NCBI GenBank assembly: GCA_051294375.1
Contig: CM119269.1
Span: forward strand, 14,395,918-14,459,917
Reading direction: 5' to 3'
Source of the DNA: Paraspadella gotoi
Taxonomy: Eukaryota > Animalia > Chaetognatha
Length of the DNA stretch: 64,000 bases
Positions 11,761 to 31,171 of this stretch are shown here, piece by piece. Each line of letters starts with the position of its first letter. The first letter of the stretch is position 1. A program made the translations under genes and the position numbers. Under the pieces are notes generated by a model. It saw only the letters and a list, made by a program, of their open reading frames with translations. It did not search any database and was not told the origin of the DNA.

Positions 11761-14700
11761 AAAAGATGTAACTGATTGAGATAATGAGAAGAAGGATTAT
11801 AAGCGTTTTTATTTATCGTATTTTATTTTCTGTGTTGAAGAGATAATCACGGATTAAGTCAGCCAAGGAATGTTTATTGAAAAGAGTACTTTTGTAGTCA
11901 GACGATCGTATATGTGATGTAAATACAAAAGTATGTGGAAAAGTGACCATGCGTTTTTATGAGAGTTGTTAAGTTAAAAAAGTTTGTAATTCCGAGGTAG
12001 CATTTGAGAAAAAATAGATAACGGTCTGGCACATAGAAAATGGGATGGATAATTTAAAAGCAAGATATTTTATTATTACCTTTTGAAGAACAATATATAT
12101 ATATAAGAAATAAAAGGTTCGTTTATCCGGGATAGGATAAAAAGTTAGAATGGATGAATAAGTGTTTATTTAAGAATATAAATCATGAACACTGTATTAT
12201 ACATTGGAAAAAAAAGAAAACTGTTGTTGCCCAGGGTTCTAAAATTGTAATTTATTTTTTTAAAAAGGGTTACGTATTTTATGAGTGAATTATCTTTTAC
12301 AATTGGAAAAGAAAATGTCGTTTTCTGAGTTATTATTAAAGTTTTCATAATCTTTGTTAGAGAGAAAAAGTCGTTTAGCATGGTGGTATTTAACGTTTTT
12401 TATCTATTGAGAGTGAAGATGAAAGCCTATTATAAAATTAAAAGAGAAAGAGAGAGAGAGAGAGGAGACGACATAACAAAAAGTAAAAGGAGAGGAAAGA
12501 GAATTGTTGTGTTTTGGTAAAAAGATATAAATGTTAATATGAAAAATAAAAAACTGTCCGTAGGAAACAACGGACGAAAAGGAGGAAACGAAGAGGAGCA
12601 TGGGTATGACCAGGTGGATTCTTTCTACCTGATGATGTTCACTTTGCAGGAGGTTACGTTTTTATAATCTTTTTTTCCTTATGTGTCTTAAGTTGATCGA
12701 TTTCCCAGGGGTGTTTTAGGTTTTTTCCTTATGGTGAAATTTGGAATATAGGCGTTTTTGCGCCTTATATGAGAAAGATTTCTGTAAGAAAGTTTTGGCT
12801 TGAGAGGGGAATTTAGTGTAAAATAATCGATTTCTGCCTGATATCACTTAGTTAAATATGTAATAAGTGCAGGTTTTTTATACCGTATGTTGGAATTATA
12901 TAAGAGCTTGTTACAATTTAGAAAAGGATGTCGGTAAGTATGAGAGATATGTAGCGGGATGTTAGATTGTTAAGAAAAGAGAGGAGAGAGCACTGTTATT
13001 TTTACATTGGAAAAAGAACGTTTGCCCCGTAGGGGAGAGTTTATTTTTTTTGTAAAGTTTTTATTTATCGTTTTTATACGGACGCGAGCCATATTGGAAA
13101 TCAATGCGTTTTCTCGTACTATTTTTAATGTTTTTCAAATCGAATTTTATCGTTCATAATAAGCAAAGAGAAAAAAGTCGTTTTTCTATGGTGTAATTTT
13201 TAAATCCGATTTTTATCCTTGAGTTTGTAGCGAGTTTGAGAGAGACAAGCTAGACATACAAATTAAAAGAGAAAAGAAAGAGAGAAGGAAAAAGACCATA
13301 AAAATAAAAGAGAGGAAAAAATTTGTATTTGTTTCTGATGAGAAAAGATATTTAATGAAAAACTGTCCATCACGCGCCAACGCAGCCGGAGGGAGGAAAG
13401 GCCAATTGTAAAGAGCATGAAAAACCTCAGAGGATGAGTGGTTATGAGTTTCGCAGTAAGGAGATTTAATGCGTTTTAGTTTGTTCATTTAGTATTACTA
13501 TGTGAAATAAACATCGGTTTTACAACATACCGGTGTTTGTAGAGGAATTTAAATTTTTTTTTATTAAATACGCTTTGTGTTGTATATAAAAACGAATTGT
13601 GAGAGATAAATTATATACATAAGAAGAACAACGGTTCTTTTGTAGCATATTACATAGTTTTGTATCGGATCTGACAAGTTGTCTTTATTACGATAATTAT
13701 CATTTGGAAAATATTATCTGTCTGCACAGTTGTGTATAGTATTATTAATATAAACAATTTATTTAATATTAGATTTAATTAATAAACTGTATTTTAACTT
13801 AATAGATTAATTAATTAATTTAGGAAAATATAAGTTACGTTTTAAATCTTAGGTTGAGTTTGTTTTCAGTTCAAGATACAATCATCAGAAATGTCCTACT
13901 AAAATTGAAAACTCTTTCTTTTTATACCATCGACGCGAAGAAATAAATAAAGAACCGTTTTTTCTGCAACATTGTTTTCATTTTCTTTAATTAATGTTTC
14001 TTTTTTAATTAATATTTCCTGCATGTATTTTTCTTTTTTTTCAGATACCATTAGGATACAAAAAATTCGTTTTATTTCCGTGTGTATTTTTTTTTATGAT
14101 AGTTTATCTAATATCTTTTTTTTAAATTCTCACAGAGAAAAAAAAAGCATAAAGAGTTTGTTTAATTTATATTGGTTTTCTCGCCTCTTCGTCTCTCTCT
14201 CGTTGTATTTTCCTCCGTTTTAACTACAGCGTTTCTTATCTTTTTGAGTAGTGGAGAGAAAAGCTTACATAAAATTTACATAGTAGACAAAAGAGAGAGA
14301 GAGAAAGAGAACATAAAACGAATAAAAGAAGAGGAAAATTCCGTGTTGTCTTTCTGTCAGATGTACGATCTATAGTATCAACAGGCTATATCTTTTTAAT
14401 AAAACTCTTTCCCTCCTCTCTCTACCTCCTCATACTTTTTAGGACAACCTCGATGCTGATTATTCTGCAGAAGTATATCTAACGCTTATTTTATATTCGT
14501 TCTTTTCTCTTTCCTTTTGCGAACACATATCGTTTTTCTCTCCCTTTTTCTACGAGGTTTGTTATTAAAAAAATTTAATTAAATTATTGTTAATTGATTA
14601 ATTTATCAATGTGGGTTCCTAATGTATCTCTTATTTAAACGCAATGTTCGCGCGCCGCCGAAACAGAAAGAGCAGCCGCGTTCTTTGCGAACATGCCTGG

Positions 14701-17429
14701 GTCTGCTTTTGTGGTTAAAAAGAAAAGACTTCGCGAGCGGTTGTTATGCTCCTATCGTTTGCGGAAAGCTGGACATATCTACTGTCCTGCCGCGTGCGTA
14801 TTCTTGTATTAATACGAGTAATAGGGGCTGTATGAAAAGCACAAATTTTTATTACTCTTTTAACCTCTTTTAGAGCCTCTCGTTTATTCCGGGATTCGTT
14901 CTTTTCTAACTCTTTTCTTTTTTAAACTTCATTGAGATATAATACGAGCTCATTTCTCTACTACTTTTTTCTCTGCAAGCGGCTGCGTTTTGTCCCTCTC
15001 GCTCTTCTTTTTTTCTTCTTTTACAAAGTTTTTTTTTATCATTCTTATTTTCTCTTTTCTAACATCTTCTTTCTGGAGATCATCAAATAATCTTAGAAAC
15101 TCTCCGTTTCTTCTTGGTTTAGTTTGTTGTTCTGTTCACCAATGTTTTCTCCGATTCTTATCTTTGCTCTTGTTAAGAGCAGGTAAACAGGTCTTGTTAG
15201 TCTAAGTTTTTCTTTCTCTGATAGTAAAAATTTAAATTCCTGGATTTTATTTTTTATATTCTTTTGTATGTAGCTGACGCCTACGATAAAGAGAAATTTT
15301 TAGTCTATTATCATGAACATATTTTATTCCGCGCTATATAAAATGTATAATATTGTATTAAGAGAGGAAGGAGACTATAATAAAATATAAAAGTAGCAAG
15401 AGAAATCTTTCTCTTATTAGTTTTTTGAATTACAAAAAGTATCCGAAAGAATTTAATTTATACTCTGTAACGGAGTTTCATTCTCTCTACTTCTTCTCTC
15501 CATTCTTTTTCTTTTCTCTCATACTTCAAAAACTCTGTCTCTCCTATCCTCTACTCCTTTCCCTTTTCTCCCTCGATGTACTGTTATTTGCTGAATGTAA
15601 TTTAACCCCGTTTTTATATTTTCTTTTTTCTTTTTTCCTTTGAAAATAAATCGGTTTTCCCTCTTCTGCGCGTTTCGTTCTTTAGGGATCATAACACTTT
15701 CTCTTTTTTCATCCTCCTCTGTTCTCTCTTTTTAACTAAACAATTCTAGGAAAATACATACAAGCCGCGAGTTTTTTGTTTTTGTTCTTTAATTGTAGCC
15801 TTTTAATAAAAAATAAGTCTTGTTTATCGCATCAATGAATGACAATCATCTTTGGACAATATTACTCGAATGCTGAACCGATGTGAGTCTAATATTTAAA
15901 CATCATATTACTCGTTTTACCTTTAGAAAAAGTTCGAAATCTTAGTTATATATATTGAATCTATCACTCGAAGCAGCTAGGTTTTTTGATATGACTTATA
16001 TCCATCTGCATTCTTATATATTACACTTGAGTTAGTGAAATAATCAATCGAATCAAAACTGATTTATCGAAGCCTCCGTTTATTTTTTTTATATCTAAGT
16101 TTTTTAATTTCTTTTTTACATTTCAGATAAAAAAATATATCCGTAATTACTCTAAATCATATTCTTATGTATTTTAAATCCTTCTAATTTCAGATAATTG
16201 TATCTTCTAATAATAAATCTTTTTACCAGAGAAAAAGTCATACGTTCATTACCCTTCGTTTATGCAGTGTAGCTTTAAATAGCATTCGAGTTCGTGTTTT
16301 TATTTCATTAATCTTCGAGAGTGAAAGAAAAGCTATAACTAAGGTTATTAATATTTAAAGTAAAAAAGTAGCGAGAGATGAGATAAAGTTGTAGACCTAT
16401 CATGAAAAAAATAGAATAAAAGAGTGCAGGGACTACATTTGTTGGCTTCTGTTTTGAATCTAATATATGATGATATGTTAACCTTAAACTTGGTAAGTAT
16501 GTTCCTTCTTATATTCTATTGAAATGTCTCCTTCTTCTCTCTCTCTCTCTCACCTCTCTCTCTTTCTCACTCATTATCTTTATACCTACACCTCTCTCTC
16601 TCCTCACGTCTTCGATGTTATTTCAGACGTATTCTCTAACTGTTTTTAATTTCTTTTTTTCTTTTCTCTTTATGAAAAAATTCGTTTCCGGTGTTCTCTT
16701 AGCAAAATTTTTATATCGTCTTTTTAACATCTTGGAAAAAGCTGTTTCTTCTTTCTTCCTTCTTCTTTCTTCTTACAAAAAAGTTTATCTATCTCTCCTC
16801 TTCTTTGTATAACTATTTCGTCTACTCATCGGTCTGCCGCCTGTATTTACACATACCTCTTTTTTCTACATCACTTTTCTTACTTTCTCTTTAGTCATAA
16901 TGAAGTTCGTTTTTATATCGGATGTCGTAATTTTTTTATTGTCTTTGTAACTAATGAATTTTTTTACTCCCTATTGCTGGAACACTTATATAAAGACTGT
17001 TTGTCGTTTTTTTTTTTTTTAATACACGTTTGTCTAATATTTCTTATTTTTACATAGCATTTTTTGAAAAAATTATCAAAAACTTTCGTCATTAATTTTT
17101 GTTATTTTTTTACAAACTAAGTTGTCATTTTCAGAAATAATCTTTTTAATAATATGCCTGAGCGCAGATATAAACATACGTACCGTTTTCTCTCCGTGAC
17201 TCATTTAAGGCTCACAAGAATTTTTTTCTATCTCATTGATCAAAATGCTGTAAGAGTCAATTGTCTAACAGGGTTATAAAAATTAAAATAAGAGAGAAAA
17301 AAGAGAGAGAGAATTGCAAAGATGAGAGAACATAGTTTGAACTCATATTTTTTAAAACATATTATAAAGAAAGACTCGAAATAACCACACTGTGTTACGT
17401 GTTTTTCCACCACTTTGATTTTGACTAAT

Positions 17430-18699
17430 TAAAAAGAATATATCATATTTTAAATAAGCCTTTAAATTCGAATCCATTAGCGCGTTTTTGCTTCCACCCA
17501 CAACCACAATAATTTCCAACTCAATCTAATCCATCCAATTTATTGAATTTAATTGGTATTTATTGGTTAAATAGTAAAAAAGATTTTTTAGCTAAGATTG
17601 ACTTAATGTTTTTTCCATTTAAACTAATTTCTTCCAACTCACACGATTCCATCGAAATATTTAATATCCAGCTATTTAATCACAATTTGATTTACAACCT
17701 TTCCATACCACAACACTCACACAAATTAATACTCCAATCACAACCAGGCTAATACTTTGAGTATTATTCGGAAAAAAGCTTTGTTGCTAAGACTGGGACC
17801 GGATGGACGGATTGATTGCACTTATCATGATGATTATATTAATTATTGATGTAATGTTTTTAATTTTTACTAATTGATTTAATTACTTGATTTAGAGCTT
17901 ATCTTGCATTTCATATTTTAAAAGCATCGCTGCAGAATACATTTAACATAAAGTAAGGTTAAAAAAGAAGCATTTAATCCAATTAAGTATAAAAACAACG
18001 ATGAAGTTTTTTATTTTGTTTTTTTAGTTACTTCATTTAAACTTCATTTTTTCCTACTCAAACTATCTTTCCATTCTGAAACTTGATTTTTCCTCTCGCT
18101 CAATTTTTATCATTATATCTCTCTTTCCTACCTTGACAAACTAAATACAAAATCATTCTAAGGTCAAGTATTTCTTCAGCTTCCCCACTTCCCCGCACTC
18201 CCACTGAGCGGCACATCTGGTGTATCACCACCCATCGTGCACACTTATTACTTCTCGCCCTTTGGTTTTCCTTTACCCAATTTCTCCAACTCTATTTCCG
18301 CACTCCGCTCGACGCATTCTCCCCATCCGAAATCTTCATACATCCCCCGCGTCGTAGTTATTCAAAATACAAAAATACACTTACCTTATACCAACACACA
18401 AGAATTTCATTTAAATATCCATCCATACCAATCACGAGTAATGTGGTGTTTCTTTTGCATAAAAAGAGTAGGGACGAGAACTGGTACGGAACGTGACTGT
18501 GACTGTGACGGACGGACAGACGGAACCGGACGGACAATCATTTTTTTGCATAAATTTATCATACATATCGATGTTCTGACATGAATATAAGTGTGTGCCC
18601 AACAATATTGAGGGGGGCGCGACCGGACGGACCGAAAAGTGAGTTATAAAAAGTGAGTATAGAGTCCGGTGTCTGCTGATAAGCAATCCCGACTAAAAA
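17430..18699 (-). mobile_element. DINE-1/HINE-like non-autonomous element, family 1, noisy and interrupted copy
   Basis: The reverse complement of 18480-18699 matches the head of 60758-60950: ttttagtcgg..tgcttatcagcaga..gactctata, gggca..cacttatat, tcagaacatc, atgcaaaaaa, then a GTCC/GTCT microsatellite. The reverse complement of 17430-17810 matches the central repeats at 60940-61270 (tttcgatggaatcgt, gagtttaaatggaaaaa). About 650 bp of unrelated sequence lies between the two blocks. Confidence 0.6.
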
Positions 18700-18977
18700 G
18701 AGAGAGACGAGATAGAGAAGAGAGAGAGAGCCAGAGGGAAGAGAGAGAGAGAAAGGAGAGAGGAAAGAGTGCTAGAGAAAAGAGAGAGAGAAGAGAGATT
18801 GGCTAAGCAAAGAGAGAGAGAGACAGAGAGAGACATTCCTCTTTTCTGTTGCGCGGAGACTACTTCCTTTTGCTCTTGTACTTTTCTAGTCTTTCCTTCC
18901 TCCTTGTTTATCATCGGTTTTTAGAGAGACAAAAAACCCAAATCAGCCCTGCCCTCCGGGGCAATGCCAGAGTGGGT

Positions 18978-19725
18978 TGATGATGATGATGATGATTGAT
19001 GGATGTGAATGGCGATGATGATGACGATGATGATAAGGATGATGATGATGATGATGAGGATCGAATGAATGATGATGACATGATGAGAAGATGTAAAATA
19101 ATTAGATCATTATGATCATCATAATGATTGATGAAGATGGAAGATAATAATGTAATAATGAGAGATAACAATTAACAAAACCCAACAACTACACTCACGA
19201 GTCACGCACGACGTTGGGCAAAGTAAGATGAAGTCTAATCGAAGTTGAAGATTGAATTTTAAAGACGGAATTTCGAGTTGAGGTCGGTCCGTCCGTCTGT
19301 CTTCTATAATAGCGATGACTGTAATAAGATAGAGAAGATTTAAAACTTAAGGTGGCAAAGTCTCTCATCGATTGAGATCGAAAGTAAAAGATAGACCATT
19401 AGACCATTACCATTACAATTCGCTGATTACTCGTCATGTATTAGATGATCTTATTTCAAGGCGGAGCAAAAAAATGATGATGGAAAAACCGAAAAAGATA
19501 ATGACGATAATGATGAAGACGACGCCCGAATGATATGTTGATATGATAAAGATGATGCATGATAGTGATGAAGAGATGATGATGATGATGATTATGATGA
19601 TTGATGCATGATGATGATGAAGATGATGATGATGATGAATGATAATGATGATGAAAATGATGATAGATGATGATGATCCTGAGATGATGATATGATGATG
19701 TGCTTATGATGACATGATGATGTTA
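18978..19725. repeat. Degenerate (GAT)n tracts
   Basis: Two imperfect GAT arrays at 18978-19160 and 19490-19725. Confidence 0.8.
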
Positions 19726-20828
19726 AAAGAAGCCGAAAAGAAATATTAGAGGGATATATGAGAAGATGGAATCAATGAGAGATGAATAACTGAACGACAC
19801 GAGATAGACGACGACGACGAGATAACTTTGAGAACGGAGTTCACCGCACCGGTCACTCCCTCTTCCTCATTCCACCCCTCTTCTCTCTTTTCACCTAATT
19901 ACATGGCTGACCTTCGGACATGTCAAGCACCATAGACTTTGAAGTGAGATCCCTCGGGAGAATTAGCCTTCACACAAGGATCACACGGACGAAAAGATGA
20001 GGATCCGACCTCTGCGGCCATATATAAAGACTATGACCAACAATGTGGCACCATTAAGTTTTTTTTCTTTCTTTCTTTCACAAAAAAAAAGTCGAAACTA
20101 AAATGGAAAAGAAAGAAGGAACAAAATGAAATGGAGCAAATAAGCGAAAATGGAGAAAAAGGCGAAAGGGAGACTAAAGGAAGAAGATCGGGGAAAAAAA
20201 GAGCGGGGGAAGAGTTGGTTATCATTAGTGAGAATTATCAATGTGTGATTATGATATTGTGAGGGAGAGTTTAAGAAAAGTAGGTCAAGAGAAGTAAATT
20301 AATTCTGTCAAGCTTTAAATTGGGACAACCAATACAAAAATAATCTGTTAATTCATATTAATATGTAATCTGTTAATTCGATTAAATGTTAATTCTATTA
20401 ATATTAATAAGCGGGCGATGGTGAGATATAGGCCTCCATTTTAACTGAATAAATATAATATAATAATATACAGAAACACAAAAACAACAATCATATAACA
20501 AACACTAATGACAGAGCTAATCCCTGTAAGTCTCCCTCCGTCCCTAAGGATTCATAACTTCCTATTAATTTTGGCAATAGAAGGAAGTTTAAACATTGTC
20601 AACGCATTGATATGACCACTGAGCTACAAGCAAAAGCGAGAAGGACCAAGCAAAGACGACGGAATGAATGATATATCAAGCAGAGTAAACGAAAGAAGAG
20701 AAAAAGGCGGAAGAGACTCGAGGCTTTCCCGGTTATTACCTCACTTTGGTCAAGGGAACCTCATACGTGACTCCACAAATGGATGGAAACCCACATGAAT
20801 GATGGAGAGGCGAATAGAGAGAGAGAGG

Positions 20829-20909
<81 letters not shown>

Positions 20910-21009
20910 GAAAGAAATTACACAAAAAAAGAGAGTAAGAGAGTAAGAAGAGGGAAGAAAGAAAGAAAGAAAAAAGAGAGAAAGGAGGAAAGTAAGATAA
21001 TTAAAGAAA

Positions 21010-21011
21010 AT

Positions 21012-21078
<67 letters not shown>

Positions 21079-21120
21079 AGAAATAAAGAAAGAAAGAAAG
21101 AAAAAGAAAGAAAGAAGAGA

Positions 21121-21157
<37 letters not shown>

Positions 21158-21180
21158 AGAATGAAAGAAAGAGAAAGAAA

Positions 21181-21225
<45 letters not shown>

Positions 21226-21250
21226 AAAGAGAAATGAAAGAAAGAAAGAA
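21010..21250. repeat. (GAAA)n microsatellite
   Basis: Seen directly. The complementary (CTTT)n form occurs at 46180-46262. Confidence 0.92.
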
Positions 21251-22064
21251 AAAAAGAGGAGCGAGTAGGGTCAGAAGGCTATGAAATCCAGGTTTGCGCA
21301 GGTGGAAATTGCGATGAATAATTCAGTTCGCGGATTCCGCCACTCGAATCTTGTGATTCGGCGCCGCCGCCGCCGCCGCCGCCGCGCCGCGACTCGCCGC
21401 GCCGCCGCCGCATCGCCCACGTCGACTCTCGGCGTCCTTCCGTAGTTTTACTGCGACCTCGAGTCGGCGAAATCAAGGGGCGAGCGGACGTCATTGGCGT
21501 CGTCATAGTCGTCGTCATCGTCGTCGTCGTTTTCATCGTCGTATATAGTCGCCGTCGTCGTCGTCGTCGACGTCTTTAGTCGTTCGTCGCCTTATCGTCG
21601 TCGTCGTCATAGTAACAACCACCGTGTCGCGAATGAATCGTCGCATTTCCTTTCGTGAGGCCGACGAGGGCGGAGGAAGTGGGAATGAGGAGGGTGGGAG
21701 GTTGGCAACGCCATTGAGGATGGCAGGAGAGATGGTATGACATAGAAGTAGAAGGGTAAGTAGGAGATGGCATCGAAGCTGGCTGGGTAAAAACGGTAAG
21801 AGCGAAATGAATTAAGTTGAGGCCGCAAACTCAAATCAATATTAAACTTTAAATGACAATGTCAAATTTTATAGATTTACACAATTGATGGTGGTACACC
21901 ATTCTGTAAACTTTACGAAATAAAAACATAGTGTGATGAACCTAATGTTCTTCCCTCTCTTTTTTTCCCTGTTTCTCTCCTCCTTTTTATTTTTTGCCTC
22001 ATCCTATCGAAACAGGTATGAAAAACATTTTTTATCGATGTTCTTTTCAGAGAAAAACACGTTT

Positions 22065-22154
<90 letters not shown>

Positions 22155-22769
22155 GAGAGGTGAGAGAGAGAGAGAGTGTTTACGTTAGAAATTTTGTCTC
22201 AGACGTGCGATTGTTTTTGGCTTCAATTTTCAAATGTCAACACGAGAAGTCACGGCTTTTGTTTTCTTCATCGCGACTTTTGTAATTTGTTATTATTTTT
22301 TTTGGGGCCAGAATTCGTAGTGGATAATTATGTTGTTAAATGATTACGTATACGCAGCGAATTCTTCGTCAATTTTCCCGAGTTGTTAACGTAACTAATT
22401 TTCTACGCTGACTCGTGAGAGAAGGTTGACGCGGCGACGAGAGACGTTTGACGCAGCGACGAGAGACGGTTGACGCGGCGAGCACCCTGACATTGATGAA
22501 GATTAGGAATGGACGTCATTGAGTAAGAAGCTTAACGAGTCGTTGTTCTTCTCGTTCCTAGTTTAAAAGAAAAGTATCTGTTGTTTCTGTTCAAATCAAC
22601 TGTTTAAACTGTTCCTCATGTCTGTGAAACAAATCATCAATTTTTTAATATATTTTCCCTTAAGACTTAATTTCCTCATTTCTTCATCTTTTCATTTCTT
22701 CAATTCTTCTTTTCTTCATTTCTTCATTTGCTCATTTCTTAATTTCTTCAATTCTTCAAATCTTCATTT

Positions 22770-27223
<4,454 letters not shown>

Positions 27224-27262
27224 ANNNNNNNNNNNNNNNNNNNNNNNNNGGAGCAGAGAGTA

Positions 27263-30200
27263 TTCTTCATTTCTTCATTTCCTCAAATTCCTCATTCCTT
27301 CATTATGATTTAAATATATCCCTACCGTCGGTGAACAATTTCATCGTTAATTAAACAAATTTTTGTTTAAATTTGTCATATATCTAATCATTTCATCTCT
27401 TTCCTTTTTTTTTTCTTCTCGTTTTAAATGGCCTTGAAACGTTTAAACAATGCGCCATTTTCTTCCATTTTTATTAATTTATTTTAAAGATTCGTAATTC
27501 AATTGCACGAAAAAAATATTGTTGTCACCAACAGTGATCTTGCTTATTAATTTTTTGTAAATTATTTTAAATCAAACTAATAGGTTCCAAGATAATAGTA
27601 CAATCAAAAAGGAAATTGCTCGTAATTTTTATAAACAAACATTTCTAAAGCCATGTCTTTTATTAAGATCTCCTTCAAAAGGTAAATTAGTTTTTAAATG
27701 TAAGTTTTATTATGTTTTTGTTTTGTTTTAAGCATTTTCCCTTTTTTTTCTTCAACCCATTGGTGATTTAAGACGAGTAAGTCTCATTATTTCGGCACAT
27801 GTCTCGATGTTTTCGCAACAGGTTCTCGAATGTTTGGCTCTATGCCTTTTCCGACCCGAGGCCAATAGAGGATGTCAAACGCCTCGAGACTTCCCCGGTC
27901 GCTCCTGATGACCTCGTCTCCCTGATGACCTCGTGCTCCTGATGACCTCGTGCTCCTGGTGTCCTCGTGCTCCTCAACGAATTTACACTTTTAAAATTCT
28001 CTGTCGTTAAGATTTTTTTTTTCTCTCCAAAAATTCTGACGTCGATTTTTTAACGAACTATTCGGCCATTTTTCTGAGAGTGCTCAATTTTGTTAGTAAT
28101 TCCTTAATTAACTCTATTACCAATCTCTTTAATTCTAAATCCCCGATTTTAAAACATCATCTTTGACCCCACTCGAGAGGCCGCAACCAATCAACCTTAA
28201 TTTATTAATCTTCAACCCAACATCTAATCCTAAATCTAAATTTAGATGAAAATGGGAGCGTACTGGAAAAAAAAAGGCCGAACATTTATCGAGCCGTTTA
28301 AAATGCCATTTTATCAGAGAGTTTTTTTTTCTCGAATGGAATTCACAAAAATCTCCCGCCTTTTTTTTTTTGTCTAAACACTTCTCCATTGAAAAGTTGT
28401 TTATCTCCTTAGATGTTTCCTCTCCTCTTCCTCCTCCCTCCTTCCATCTTCCTTTCTTCTTCTGCCCTCCAGGTTTGTTTACGCCCTCAATGTCCCACAA
28501 TTTTAACCATAAAATTTAAGTAGTAAATTTAATATGATTGTTCTCCATGTATTATAAATTAAAACTTTATTCTTTACGTTTTTCTTAAACCTTAATTTTT
28601 TATTTTTAAAAACCATCATAAATGCAGTAACCTCTGCAGCCATTCCATTTTAATTCAACGACGTTAACAAAATACTAAAATAGCGGGCCAGTACGAGTTG
28701 AATCTTCTACGGTCCGCTTCTTTTGTTTCAAAATCTATTTTTTAGGCAACCGGATTCTTCTCGATGTTTCAATTAATGTGAGGGCTGTCTAGTCGGCGAC
28801 GAACCAACGAAACTTTTTTGCGTTCGTCTCTTCTTTAGTTCATTTTCGTTTCCCCAGTTGTTCCACTTTGTTCTGCAATTCTTGTTTCAACATGCTAGTT
28901 GTTCGTCGCTTCCCAGTGATCGTTTTCTCGGCTTCTTGTCTCATTGGTCGTTCATTGGTTTTCATTCTTCTTGTTCTTCATTTCTTGTTCGTCTCTTTCT
29001 AGTTCAAACTCGGATCGGACAAATTAATGATTTAATGGGCGGAGACCGAAGGAAAAAGGGTCTGCGGCGGCGGGCGGCGGAGGCCGTGGGAGGGCCGGGC
29101 GGAGGCCGGTGGAGGCGGCGTCGGGTCTCGATTTTAACGAGGAGCGGACAAAGGCCTGTCGGCCCAATTGGGAGAGCACGGAGAGGTAAGTAGGGAGGAA
29201 AGGAAAGGAAAAAGGAAGGAAATGAAAAAAGGAAGTGGATAGAAGAGGGAAGATTAGAGAAAGAGAAAAAGGAAAGAAAATGAAGGAAAGGGGATAGAAG
29301 AGGGAAGAATAGAGAAGGAAGGAAAGAAAAGAAGGAAAAGAAAAAAGAAATGCAAGACGATGAGGGAGAAAAGGAAGAACGGAGAATGGAAAACTAAAAG
29401 GTAGACGAAGGAGACGAAAAGGAAAAAGTTGGAAAAAGTAAGTTAAGCTGCGGAGGATTAATCAAACGGTTAATAAATGTGGTTAGTAATCGAAGCACGG
29501 TGGTAAGGAGGATCGGGCACGGGGAAAAGCGAAACGCGACGAGCGAAAGAAAGAGAAAGGCGATGAAAAGAGGCGAAGAGTTTAAAAAACCCCTAGCGGC
29601 AAAAAAAGGGGGGAACAGGCGCGGACCTCAGCGCGCCTGTCCGCCGGCCCAGGACCGGAGAGCTAATTCCAGTAAATATTTCTCCTGTCAAAAATCGCAA
29701 AATTGGCGGGAATCTCCGCCACAAGTCAAGACCGACGGCGCTCCGACAGAAAATTCAGCCATGCGCCAGCCTCGTTTCCTAAGTGCCAATCAACTTATTT
29801 GAGTCGATAACGAATTTCCACCATCAAGGCTCGGAGTTTTTTTTTTGGTTTTTTTTTTAATTTAAAGCAAACCTAGAATTAGGTAAGGGAGGTTGAATGA
29901 CGCAAACATTAACAGTGGACGTCGGGCGATGACGGAAAATCAATCATACCAAATTTTCATATTCCTATTCTTCTCCACGAATTCTGCCGATTCTCCCAAT
30001 TAACCTCAAGACGCTTTTTTTACGCCATTCCATTCGTTTTTATTTTTCAAATAAAAGATGGCAAAGGATCAAATGCAAACTCCCATGCTATTTTTATCAT
30101 AATATTTGTAATATATTGCGTAGAACTTGAATAACCTTTTGTATGTACATAGTTTTATGTACCGCTTTTTAAACACGATTTAATTGTTAATGTGTTAATT

Positions 30201-30284
30201 GTCACATTACAAAATCAAATCAAAAATAATCAACTCTCCTCTCTTAATCTCCTTCTCTCCTCTCTCTCTCCTCTCTCTAATCTC

Positions 30285-30334
<50 letters not shown>

Positions 30335-30574
30335 CTGCTCTCTCTCTCTCTCTCTCTCAGCGCCGCTCAAAGAAACGGTGAAGGATGTCTTTTTGTTTTC
30401 TTTTTCCATTATTCAATGTTCTCTTCTCAGCTCAGATGAGGCGAAGATTGTTTCTATTCTCAACCTCCCCCACTACCTCCCCCATTTCTATCCGCCCCCC
30501 TCTCCATTTTTTTCATCTAAAAGAAAAAGAAAAAGAGAGAAAAAAGAAAAAAACTCGCGGCATCGGATTTTAAA

Positions 30575-30612
<38 letters not shown>

Positions 30613-31118
30613 GTGCTCTCTTCGCTCTCTCTCTCTTCTCTCTCTCTCATCTCTCTCTCTCTCTGCTCTCTCTCTCTTCTCTCATCTCCCTTTAGTTGCG
30701 CCGCGAGTAACAAAGCAACTCTATAAATTCAATTTTTTTGGTCTAAAGATCATACATTTGTTTTCTTTTTAGTTTGCGTCCCGTCGGACTGCTAGCGTCG
30801 CCTCAAGGAAATCCTAAAAACAAATTAAAGACAAGAATTCCCCAGATGCAGGTGCGTGTCATAATACACGGGCTTAAAAAAGCTATGTAGTCATGTTCAC
30901 GTCATGCGGCGCAAAACATTTGAATTACCGTTCTTGTTTTTCTTTTTTTTTTTCTCCCTTTTTTTTTCCCTTTTTTTATCTGCTTTCTTTTTCCTTTTTT
31001 ATACATTTACCCGTTATTTTTTTAACGTTCGGATCCTTCTTCTCCTGCGGAGACGAAAATTAATATGCAAATTTGAAACGGAAACGGACGAGAGAGAGAA
31101 GGAAGTCGGACGAGTGGT

Positions 31119-31171
<53 letters not shown>

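Noticed and set aside
13334-13370. CTGATGA...GAAA...GTC as a hammerhead
   Set aside because: The intervening sequence cannot form stem II. The same applies to 12630 and 52254.
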